From the NCBI GenBank assembly GCA_002633005.1, contig NMRA01000311.1, forward strand, positions 11,839 through 75,838: DNA of 64,000 nt, given 5' to 3'. Origin of the DNA: Phoronis australis (taxonomy: Eukaryota > Animalia > Phoronida). Of the stretch, positions 1 through 12,400 are shown one piece after another; positions within the stretch are counted from its first letter, which is position 1, and each line of letters starts with the position of its first letter. Made by a program: the position numbers and the translations under genes. The notes under the pieces are model-generated. The model searched no databases and had not been told where the DNA came from. It was given only the letters and a program-made list of their open reading frames with translations.

Positions 1-1859
1 TTCTGGCATTGTCAGGCAACAAAAATAACACAAAACACTTGAGACTGGGCAAAATTTGTGCCTCAATGACTAAAACATTGACTAATGGTGTAAAATACAG
101 CTTGTTTGCATAATACACCAGAAATACGTTATAGTACAAAAACAATATAGTTGAATGATCTCTGTGAATGTGCACAAAGACTGTATGAAAATAATAGATT
201 ATTCTGACAGCGTTTATCAAGCAGTATGAGACAAATACATGACAGTGATCAAACTATGTACTTTCTATGACTTAATCAACAAATAAAATGAACTTTTTAA
301 TACAAAAAAAGGAAATAACGGGGTTGGAGGTCTATTTAGGCACAGGCACCTTTAAGTAGCCCTCTACAATATAACTTGTTGTTGCCGTGTGATAATATAC
401 GAAAGATTGTAATGGTATGGTAAACTTTATTCTTTGTTCCGTGGCCCAAATGTGGCCCATGAACACAGCGAATATAAAGTCTGCAACCACTGACTACCAT
501 ACAAAACTTGTGCGAATCTTGTCTGCAAAGAACAAGAAACACTAAATTAACAAAATGTCTGACACGGGGCGTGGTCAACACAAGACACACAGAAAAAGTA
601 GACCATGGAAACAGATTATACACCAAAATACAGCAAATTAAATACAATACTATCTACACAAATATACAAACTAAGGGAAAAGAAAATGTACTAACTGCGT
701 CCAAAACAAAGCAAATGATACAGATAACGGAAGAAAATACTCACTAGTACACGACAACAGTAAGCGACTTGACGCTTCAAATGATGCGGGCAGAGTGAAA
801 TGGCAAGNAAGGGAAATGAAAATGTACTAACTGCGTCCAAAACAAAGCAAATGATACAGATAACGAAAGAAAATACTCACTAGTGCACGACAACAGTAAA
901 CGAACTTGACGCTTCAAATGATGCGGGCAGAGTCAAATGGCAAGCCAGTGAAACAATAGCCTAGAAAGTGCCTAGCGGCGAGGCAGAAAACTAACGCTAA
1001 GCAAAACAAAATACCTCACATTTAAAATACATAATGAACACAATTAACCTGCAAATCATCCGTAACATGTGGCATGTTGACCGACTAGTAAATGAAAGCA
1101 AACGACGACGGAGCTTAACACAACCGAGGTAGAACAATGACTGACTGGGCAGCTCTCACAGTCAGACTATATGAAAAGAAATTGGCGCGAAATGCTTGCC
1201 TCCTAAAACGTCACTTCCGGAGTAGCAGACGAGTAATTAATAAAATTACGAAAAGCTGTAATTAAGTGGAAAATATGTCTAGGATAACCAACCAACCTTA
1301 TTTTAGCTCAACATGACATGGAAAAAGGTTGCCTTCGCCTTTAAGTCAGAGCAGATCCACGATCTGATATAGTATCACGTTCCATTAAACTTGACAAACA
1401 AGCCTGTTGTGTTGGTACACAACGGCCGGTGTGGTAGTAAACGGGTCAGAGCTTGCAGTCACGCAAAGGAATTAGCTGGTGTAGTCTAATTTCTCTGAAA
1501 GTCGATCGTTTTTTGGTGATGATATTCATATAGAACACATCTTCTTCAGGACATTTATTGAATGTCATTTGGAAATAGTAGAGAGCTTTCGCAAAGCGAC
1601 GTGAACACGCATTTATCCCATACGTACGCGTTGAATCAGTCGAGGGAAAAACAGCCATGTAATATTTTTTCCGTTTTCACCTCCCACACTACTTCAACAG
1701 TGACCTCTGACATGAAAAGTTCAAAAGATAGGCCAATGTGATATGCCACGTGAATAGTCTCGAGTGGAGTATTCGAAAAATCTGGCGAAAAAAATGAAAG
1801 AACTTTAGGAATTTGATGCGTATGGGATAAATACAAACCATACCTCGATTGGCGTACAT

Positions 1860-1944
1860 TGAAGTAATATCCCACTCGACATTATTCCTTATTCCTTCGG
1901 TCTCAGTCGATACGCGGAATAATGTCTCGTGGGATATTACTTCA
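1860..1944. repeat. Inverted repeat, 29-bp arms
   Basis: TGAAGTAATATCCCACtcGACATTATTCC and GGAATAATGTCtcGTGGGATATTACTTCA. Confidence 0.85.
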
Positions 1945-3308
1945 TCAACGCCACTCTCGGTACGTTTTGTGTATATATAATTGTGCGTGCCGATTCACGT
2001 TACGGTAAGAAAAATAGGTTTCGCAACAACTGAATTTTTACGTGAACGTGAAAGTAAACGTGAACTGAATAACTGAGCTCGGGGTGTCCAGTTATCGCAG
2101 TACATATCCGCTAGATTACAAACTACTTACAAATCACTCTGCGAATGCAAATTCTTATATTTTCATTCTCATAACATCTAACACAAATCAGTCAATGCAA
2201 TTTTATTTATTTTAGTCAATTTTTTAGTTAATTTGCGATGAGATTTAACATGTTGTGTTCTAAAACTAGCCTCCCCTCCTTTCTTTCTTCTCCATTTCAA
2301 GCCTCTCTTCCATTTCGTCTCCATTGCAAACCTTTCCCGTTCCAGTGTTATCACTTGCTGTCGTATTTTCAGCTCTGCAACGTGTTTTTCTTTGAAAAGT
2401 TGATGGACAATCGGTACATGTACGTTTTACAGAATATTGAATGAAACATGTTTTGTTTAGTTATATATGTACATTACTGTATTCCGTTCTGCTACAGGTA
2501 TGCAAGATGGGAATCTATGTTGAATGTGAAAAAAAAATTGTTTCTAGACAAACTCCTGTGAAAATGGTCAACTCTTACAATGCGTAATTTATTTGCAGTT
2601 TAAAATAAATATAGATACATGTAAATTAAGCAGGTAAAAAATTAACAATGAACACAAAATCATTTCTATCAAAAATCCATTCTAGTTCGATGATATCCAA
2701 CGAAGCCCGGCAGAATAAGGATTTTGGAAAAAGGCCTTCCTTCAGCTAGACTTTAAATACATTTATAGACAAAAAAATCGTGTTCGTTTCATACTGAAGC
2801 AAAGAAAAAAGATTGAGAACTCTATCAAAATAAAAATCGTTTCGATGTCTTACCAAATAAGAATTTAAAAAAGGGCCACAGGTTTCGCATTTAAAGCGAG
2901 TCGGACGTGAATCTCCCTGTATTAGAGTAAAATACGCAAACACTATTGGGATTACGTCACAGCCAACAATGGCATGTAGGCCCCTATGACGCGTGATATA
3001 TATATGCGTGATAATTCACATTCACGTCGCTCTGCGAAACCTCTCTAGCTCAGTATTGTTAAATATCGGTTAGCGTCAGGCGCGTTGTTTACAACCGACA
3101 TATTTGTTAGACTACGTGACCTTATTAGAGGAACGCAGACCATGTGATTGAGAGAGCTAGACTTTTTTGTCAACTTTGTCCCCTTACTATCATTGTAAAA
3201 CTGATATCACGGCTGTATATATATATATCCACTAGCCGATCAATGAAATCGGGATACTCGTCATACAGCGCGGGTACGTAACGGCACTGCGATTAACACG
3301 TACTGGTG

Positions 3309-3432
3309 ATGAAGCGCTTCATGACTGGTGCAGTGATTCTGTATGTCACACTGGCGTGTGTATTCTTAGCTCAAGGACAAGACGGCTCAAACTTGCCTCC
3401 GAATATCGTGTTCATTGTAGCTGACGACCTCG
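3309..3432 (+). CDS. ARSB: Arylsulfatase exon 1 ([23 protein letters not shown]...[11 protein letters not shown])
   Basis: ATG, hydrophobic signal peptide, DD metal-binding motif, donor G|gtaagt. Confidence 0.92.
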
Positions 3433-6400
3433 GTAAGTAAAAACTAAGAGGACGTGACAGTGTAGCTTTTCTGTACGTGGTCCGATGATACTCTCGTACA
3501 TGGCAAGACGTGTCTTTAAAATTTGTGGCCGTTAATTCCCCGTGAGGATATCGGAGATCGGAAGAAGAGATGCGTCAATCTGAAACTCATAACGTGGATA
3601 GGAACTGCATGGCAACGTATCGCAATACATGAATTCAAGCATGTAATCTGTCGTGAATGATAGCAAACGTATTTGAAGTGACGGAACCAGACCGCACAAA
3701 AAGCGGGTTCTTTCGACAATTTTATGTTAAAAAGCTGCATTTTGCATTGTTTTGATGGCTAAAAACGAAATAGGTGTACTAGTAGTCCTTGGGATTCCAA
3801 TTCCTTCAAGTTACAAGCAGTGAGTGGACTGGCTGCTGCAATATTCGTATTCTCATTAGGACCGTCCGGATCGCACAAAGCGACACTGTGTACTGCACAC
3901 TTTACTTACCCACAATGCCGTCCTTCATGTCAATGAAGTATTACTGTTGTGCTGTAGGCTGCAACTCCGAAGTGAGGAAGTTTGATGAAACTGTACAAAT
4001 GCACGGGTGCGCGATCTGAAATTCTTCGCCTCCCCGACATCATTGACGGACATGACATGTGCTTCATTTGATTTCCAAAACAAGATCACATGCTTTCTTA
4101 TCTCGGGGTCAAAGGAAAGTTCTATCGCCCCGTAATCCGGGACGGCCTATTTTAGGGTTGGCCATCCACAAGAATCTTTGAAGCCATTTCCTGAGTCGCT
4201 GGTGGTTTCGATATTATTTTGATAACGGAAATAGAATTCTGTCACTGTTAAGAATATTATGAGACCGATTTTATCGGAGCAAATGGCTTGGTCCGATTTA
4301 TTTGTTTTAGCTAGCTACACGGGTTGAGGCTGCAAATTTGTTTGGAAAGGGAACACGCATTCCATTTCTGATCCAGCTCGCATATAAAAGCATACTTCAA
4401 CAATTTTCGTTCCACATCTCGCATCCTTTTATTTCATTTCATATAATTAGATGTTCTTTTTAACATTGTCGCTTTTCTCGAAGATAACCTATGAAAAACG
4501 TTAAAGATAGTGTAAAATGAGCCAACGATTACCTCACGTTTTATGCTCCCTTATGTGCCCCCATCGGAAACACCTCTCATTTTCTTGACTTATCACAGTC
4601 GACTGGTGTGTTGAAGAGTTCCCACCATGCATTTTCTTAGTTTTTGAGGTTTCAGTTAGCTTATATGAAATGAATACCATAAAATCTAAACAAATAAATA
4701 CTTTTTATGCCAAATAGTCGCGAATTTTTTAATTTTGAAGACAAATTTGTTAGTTCCAAGTTTTCCGCCAAATGATGTAATGGGTGGAAGACCTTTGGTC
4801 AATGGTCACTTGACAATCAATTGCAATGGCGGAACACACCAGATCAGAAGGCAAGCGCGATTTTGAGCGAGAACTGAACAATTGTTATGCAAACAGAGAC
4901 GAGAGTGGATACGAGCATCACACTCAAGTACTTGAAGAATCAGACAACGAATTCGATTTATGATCGACATATGTCCCGACTAAATAAATAATAAAGGATA
5001 CGTGCGTCGCAAGCTCGTTACCAGAGATGAAAAGGAGACCGAGGTAGGCGATGTAAGGTCATTTAAGCCTTTTATGACTAATACAATTACAATATAATGA
5101 ATACAGATAAGTTACATAAAAATGTTAATCTCTGGTAAAATTGGCAACCATTTCCCACTTGGCCGGCGAACTTTCGTCGGCTTTGAGGCCATGTGAACTC
5201 AACCCACTTGCACGAGAAATGCCGTAGACATATGTGAGCCACACCAACTGAACAATATTCACAAAATAGACACTTTTAAGTAATAAATTAATCATTGACC
5301 AAGGGCTTATTAAACCTGGGTCACTCTCATTCGCTGTTGCCATACACAGTGCATAAGCCTACGTGTCGTAGCACTCGATCTGGGCCGGGGTCGAGGGCGT
5401 CGCATCACTCACCCTAGAATGAAAGCAATTTGTTCGTTGTTTAAAAAAATACATATACATTAATAACTTGAAGGTGGTGAGTCCGTCAATCATTGTAACG
5501 CCGTTTTGTGTATGGTCGAAACAAGATTCCTTGGCTGAAATATGTCAAACAAAGTGTGGATCCCTACCGAATCGTATGCTCCATACTGTCGTGCGGTGAA
5601 CAAACCGATGTCATCTCTGTGCAACTTTTATGTCTTTAGCAAATTCGAACATAGGGACGTTCTCGGTCAAGTCTCGGTCTCCACAAAAGCACCTTTTGAT
5701 GTCTGAAAAAGGCGGCTCTCCGTGGACTTTCTTCACAACTCTTCAGTATCGCAGTTGTAAAAACAACAACGGCGGGGACGGTCTTCCACCCATTGCGTAC
5801 AATCCCGATAACGGAAAAATACCGTTTTTAACAATCCGGCTTGTTTCATAACAACAGATATACTAAAGGCTATTAAACCTCTTAATATTTTTTAAACACA
5901 GGATCATGGTGGGAACTCTTTAAAATCATCTTCGTGACCAGCACATTACCCCCACTAACCCCAGCCAGAACAGGTGATCGCCTGCAGAGACAGGCTGTGT
6001 GTAGCATACCTAGCTACTCACATGCACGTGACGATTAGATAGCGCTGATTCAATTTTAGTCTTGTGACGCATTCTTTGAACTCAAAATTGCGAAATAGTG
6101 TACTTACAAACCCCCTACTGTGAACGATAGTCGAAAAAATGACAACCCATTCGTTGCGTTAACTTCCTTTTATTCATTGCTATTTTGCCCCCACCCCAAT
6201 CGTTTATTTACTTTCCTGCGGTTCTCAACGATTAGCGTGCTGTTGGCGGCGTCGGCCACGGGTTAACGTTTGTACGTCTTGTGTAAATTGCCTTTCCCTT
6301 CAAATCAAGAACGATAGTTTTAAAGTGATGAATTTTGCCGTGTCAAGGCGGCGACGTATACATTTTCTTAGTTTTGTTAGTAGTTATTCGTCTCATATCT

Positions 6401-9400
6401 TACTTGTAGCTCATTGGACCTTCCTGTAGGACTATTGTGTGCTGTTGTTTGTGTCGGTCACAGACATTTAAAAGTACAAATTGACCAGTTGACCTGCGCT
6501 GCTGTGTTAGATTCTAAATCCGCTGCATACTATTCCCGTGGCAAGTTAGTGATAGTTGGCCAGTTTCCCCCTTCAGTTTCATTTTAATTGGATTTCTCTC
6601 GTTCGAACATATACGGCGCTAATCCATCCAACGGTTGTTTCTACATTTTCTTAATCTTCCATTTCGCCCTACATTTCATTGAACCCTTCCGTCTCTACAG
6701 CGTCTTCAAGTTCGCTGTTCTTTGCTTCTTTCGCTATCGTAATAAGAACGTCCGTCCATCGCGAGGTATTAGGATGTTTTACCCAGGTGCGAAAGACTCG
6801 CGCCTTTCCTGTTCTTTTTTGGTATGATGCGCGTGAGCCACTCGTTTGTACGATGTTTAACACCGTCTTACGCCCATACATAATCTCATAATTGTCATGG
6901 AGCGGCTATATAGACAGATTAATTCCCTGGTACACCCACTTCACCAAAATGTCTCCATTGATTGCCAACCTGTCCCGCACCGCACGCAGGGACCCTGTAG
7001 TTCAATTAGTTCACTAGACCCTGACGTCGTCGTGAATAAGCCTTTGATGTTAGACTGAGTAAGTGGCCCCCACCGGGACCGCGCTATCGACTTCGGAGAG
7101 GCCACACTATCGTGACACAGCAACTCCGTAGGACTATGCGAGTGTTACTGTGTCGCTGTATTTAATTGGCAAATTTGTTGTCTCTAATAAGCGTTATGTG
7201 AAAATCTCGAGATTTGAAGTCTGCACCCATCACCGTATGGTAAGTTTTCTTGTGACAAAGACTGCACGTCTCGCTTCTCAAGATGATGTCATTTGCGGCG
7301 ATTAGTAGGAGCGCCACCTAAATTTTTTTCGGCGCTAAATGGGGTTCCTGATGAAGTCGAACGATAGTAATTAGGGTGATCAGTTAATGTCAGGAGTAAA
7401 CGAAGGGCTGACACACTTATGTTGATCAATAGTACATACATTTAACATGTTCAAGTCAGTTGGCCACTTTACTCCGTCTTTAACATGTGACGTCATAGTG
7501 TTTGTAATTTGCCAATGAGAGGCTGCGTTAAACTTGCTTTCATACTGCATTGGTTAACCAAAGCTTTGTGGATATTTTGGCTTGTACGTATTATCATGGA
7601 TCTCTATATCGAACCAAGTCCGCGTTATAATTCAAACGTCACGTTCAATCGCCTCAGTGCATACTACATACTACGCCGCAAGTCGTTGAATAGGTTCTAT
7701 TCAATTCTAATATGTTCATGATATATTTTACCGGAAATTTGTACTGAAATACTTTTTCTGCTCCAGGTTTCGCGGACATTGGGTTCCGTAATCCATACTT
7801 CTCCTCGCCGCACTTGGACCAGTTAGCGAAGGAAGGTGTCATACTGAACCAGTCATATGTCCAGCCAGTATGCACTCCGTAAGTTTCACGTTTGAGATTT
7901 TTACGCTGTACTCAGATATGGCTGCTTTAGTGAAAACGCACGTGTCTTTTTTCTGCGACGCACTTGCATAACAGTTGTCTCATCAGTCGACCAATAAGAT
8001 AGGGCACACGAAAATTGGTTAATCGCTTTTGATCTTCTTGTTCTCGCTTTGTGCTAAAAGTTACATATTGCACGGAACTAAATTGAACTATTGTCGATGT
8101 CCATTTCGACCTCTACTTGTTTACCAGCGGCTGAGCTATTACTATACTGTAAGTGCCCAATAGTCGTCGCTGTGTCGCAGACGAAATTGCACTATGCATG
8201 TCGGCAGGTTTTGAGTGAGTGACAAAAAATTGCCTTTGCTGACGGAGGGGTGGGGGGTGAATTATAGGTCAATCAGACGGGGCATTGTCATTATGTAGTT
8301 TATTATTTACGTTTTGTGAACTAAGTAAAATGGAAATGTACACTTAGGAAATCTGGGAAAAGGCTTTACTTTGCACGTGGCTATTTGACGGTAATTTCGT
8401 TCGTTTCCTTTAGAGGTTTTAATTGCTTCAGAGAAATAAGTAACCCTGCAATCCACGTCATAACATTCTTGTTGTGTTGCCGATCAGGTCCCGGAACTCG
8501 TGGATGAGCGGACTGTACCCTTTTAAAACAGGTCTACAGCACTTGGTTATCAACCCTCCTAAGCCTGAGTGCTTGCCTTTGAAATACAAGTTGTTGCCGC
8601 AATACTTGAAAGATCTTGGTTACAAGGCGCATATGGTGGGGAAGTAAGTTGAAATTTTTGAGTCTACGTGTACACAAACATAGCAGACTAGATAATGTTT
8701 TGAAAAACTAAAGAGAACGCACATGGTCAATAGTGGTCGATTTTAGTTCTAAATGACAAATTTTCTAATGATGAAATAGCTATATTAGTTGATTGCCGAT
8801 GACCAGAAATATTTGATTGACTAAGCTCCATTTCGCAATGTCTAGGTACCATACTGCGATAGGATTTCATGAACAGTGTACGTTACTAACCCAATGCGTG
8901 TGTATACACGCGTCATTTTCGAAATCGCAATAAACTCTTTTGCGTTTTCTTGAATTGCTCTTTGTTTCGATGTCCCTGTTTAGAGCAAAAATAGAATCTC
9001 ATCACGGTAACCGTTAGGAATATTATGAGACCAATTTGATGAGAGTAAAAGGCCGATTGATTCAATTATTGTTTTTCATCCAGCGAAACCGCGATAAACG
9101 AAGTTTTGAATCCAACTTCAAGTTATCTCTCATTCCAACTGAAAGTCGAAAATTATGTTATCATGCCAAGTATTTTTTTCTCTTCTGTTTTTACCAGTTT
9201 AGAACATAGAATCAATCGCATCAACCTATAGGTTTAACTAAAACAGCAATTTGTGTTTTACTTCCTCGTGTAATAAATTCGTAAAATGTGAAGTCCAGGA
9301 ACACTGTGGCCGCCATGTTGTTATTGCTCCACCCACAAAATTCAAACTTTTGTCCACGTTGAAAAATTGATAAGCAGCATGATTTTGGGATCATTTTTGC

Positions 9401-12400
9401 CAAATCGGATTTCGTTTAACTTGGTTAGCATCTTTCTTGATCTCAAGTAATAAGGTGTAACTTTGAATGGCAATATGATGTTCATGAAATCCAGAAGAAA
9501 GACTAAGTGAGTGCTTAAAACGATAATTACAATAAGTTCTAGGTATACTGATAGAATTCCAATAATTTTGTAACATGCCTCCTGCTACTCGCACTTAGCA
9601 CGGACATCAGCAAGTGTCGAGATTTGTACGCTGACCAAACCAAAAACTGTTTCACGTCAGACGAACCTCGGGTAGTACTCAAGTAATTTTAAAAGTTTCG
9701 CAAGCGCATCAGCGAGTGCCAATAGAGGAAATTATTCAACATATCTCGTTTACTAAAAATATGCAATTCCCGTACTGCTCTATATAATTGTGGTGTATGT
9801 GAACATTGCCAGAACTTGATCTTGAAATTGTCATTATAAGTGTAAAACTACTTGGACAACAGTTATCTTGATAACTCTGACGCAGCTTTTTTTAAAACTT
9901 TTAACACCAGATGGCATCTCGGATTCTGTAACTGGAACTGCACACCAACATATCGCGGCTTCGACTCGTTCTACGGTTACTACAACGGAATGGAGCATTA
10001 TTTTAACCACTCTAGGGATGGCTACCTAGACTTCAGAAATAACGAAAAGCCTGAGAAATCTGAACAAGGTGTATACTCGGCGGTAAGGTTTTGAAGCTCC
10101 TTATTTGTTCACGGAAGTCCTGTAACCGGTGGCACGAAACAGTCTCTATTGGGACTCCACTAAGTTCCTGGCGCATTTGTACATTGTGTGACATTTTAAT
10201 GAAAATAAATAAGGTCCATGTCCCTAGGTTAGGGAGATTGCATGAAAAGGTATTTTTATAGTATTCAGAATTTACTCTCCCTTTGTTTCAAAGCGTAAAG
10301 TTGACGCAACAATGGAGATGAAATAACAGCGGAAAGGGCAATCAGTGTTTGTGCAATGTGTGTCGTGAAACTGATGCAAAGTACCAGCCTGGAGTGAGCA
10401 ATTACCGTGTGACTACCCGGACGTATGAGCGCATTTCTGGCAGCAAATCGGCAACGGCTATACTGGCCGTTAAAAATGTAAAATACAAAAAACATCCACA
10501 CACGGCGATGTTTCAACAAATAAAAACAAATTTTATCTCAAAAACACAGCTCTATACCTCAGTGGCAATAACGCACACCTGTAATTGATTTTGCAGCCCG
10601 AACTCAGTAACTGGCGAAGTAATTCCCCTGCAGTAGCTGTGATTCTTCCCGGGGAAAATAACCACTTGCTAAATTGGCTTTGATTTCCAGTTATTAGGGA
10701 AAATATATTTTGAAACATTACAAAATCTTGCAATATATACATATATAAATTTATTTTCGACATTTTCGCGACTTAAATCCTCATGATATTCTAACTGTAT
10801 AGCAATTTTATTCAATTATTTTGAAATTGCATGGTCGTTATGTTTATACTGTTTGTTTACCAGAGTTAATTACAACATAGATTATACACATCAGATTCGA
10901 AACTCCGACATTTTCTACCGTGCTATCCAAGAGGAGGCGCCGCTCTCCTAAATTATCTGGTGCAGTTTCCGGTTAGTGTATTGTGATTCTCGCATCTATT
11001 TTACTGCCCAGTACAACGAAAGCAAAATAATACATACGCTGTTTAAAATCTTAAAATAGTAGAACAGTTGGTATTGTGAGTACTTTTAGCAATGCTACTA
11101 CCACCCGACCACACAACAGCCGACCAAGATTAGCAGACGACGTACTTGCCGGAAATAACACCAGATAATTGGGCCAGGTGTCGTTAGTGAATAATGACTT
11201 AACGATGTGCGAATGAGCACAGATTTCGTCCATTGAAAGTATACGGAGTTGGTGGTCCATGTACTATAGCCTATGATTACAACAAGTAAAACACGCTTAG
11301 CCTAGTCCCCACAGTGGGATGCAAAATAATTTCTGACTAAATTTATTTGCCCCAATTTGTCAACAATTTCAATGAAAATTGTTCCTCTTGTAAAGTTAAG
11401 GTCTACTGTAGAATTTTTTATCCCTGTTTGCAGGCTGGTAACAGACACCGCTTTAGTCGTACAACCGGGCGTTCTTAAGACTGGGTTCCTGGATGAATTA
11501 TTCTTCCAGTTTGGCGGTTAGCTCAAAATGGCGGTGTGTTCTTCGGTTCGGAAGCCTGAACTTTCTTCGACTTTGCATTTTCGGGATTACTGTTAAATCC
11601 TGTGATTAGCTGTGCAGGAACTATTAAACAAAATAAAATCTGTTATGTTTTTGTGATTTCACTACAGATCGCTAGTTCTCACCAGAAGTTGGCTTAAATC
11701 AAGACCGATAACTTAACAAAATAAATGCGCATAAAATACTTTGACATTTAGCCACTGGGAATTAGCTCAGCCAGCGAACGGTTGGCTGCTCCGTGAGAGT
11801 TTCAGGTTCCATTCCGCGCTGGAGCTGACTTCAGAAAAAAAGCCCTTGTTGATGATGACATTTTTTCGTGTGTTATTAAATTAGTAGCAAACAATCCAAA
11901 TTGTGTTATCCTTGTCCAGTTTACTATTGAAAAGGAGATACTGGGCTTGTATCCTTTTGCCCAGTGTAACGCATTTATTCAAAAGTAATGTTTACTGAAA
12001 ATGAGTTTCCACTAACGTTCTACTTATTTCAGATTTCAGAGCTCATTACTCTTACACTCATACATTGATTATACGTTTATATTTTGACAACTTCAAATAT
12101 TTCGTTTCAGCACCTTTTTGCAGCGAAGGCGGACACCATAATCCGGAAACATAACAACACACAACCACTATTCCTCTACCTGCCATTTCAGTCTGTTCAT
12201 TCTCCAGTAGAGGTCAGTCAGTGATGTTTTGTCTCAGCCTGTATTGTCGTTCTGATATCCGGTCAGAGCATAGAAGTATAGCCCTGATGTACATTTCTGT
12301 GGTTACAGTTATGAAATGTGAAACCACGTGCAGTGTTTTTAGACGAAAAACTGTCATCAACCGAACCCACCTCCACTTTGTAAGGAAATATTTGAGACCA

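Noticed and set aside
673-944. 135-bp direct duplication
   Set aside because: The two copies meet exactly at a single N (808) and differ by a few bases, which is typical of unmerged contig or haplotype overlap.
6893-7117. TGTCATG...CGTGACA segment as a solo LTR
   Set aside because: No target-site duplication and no second copy in the window.
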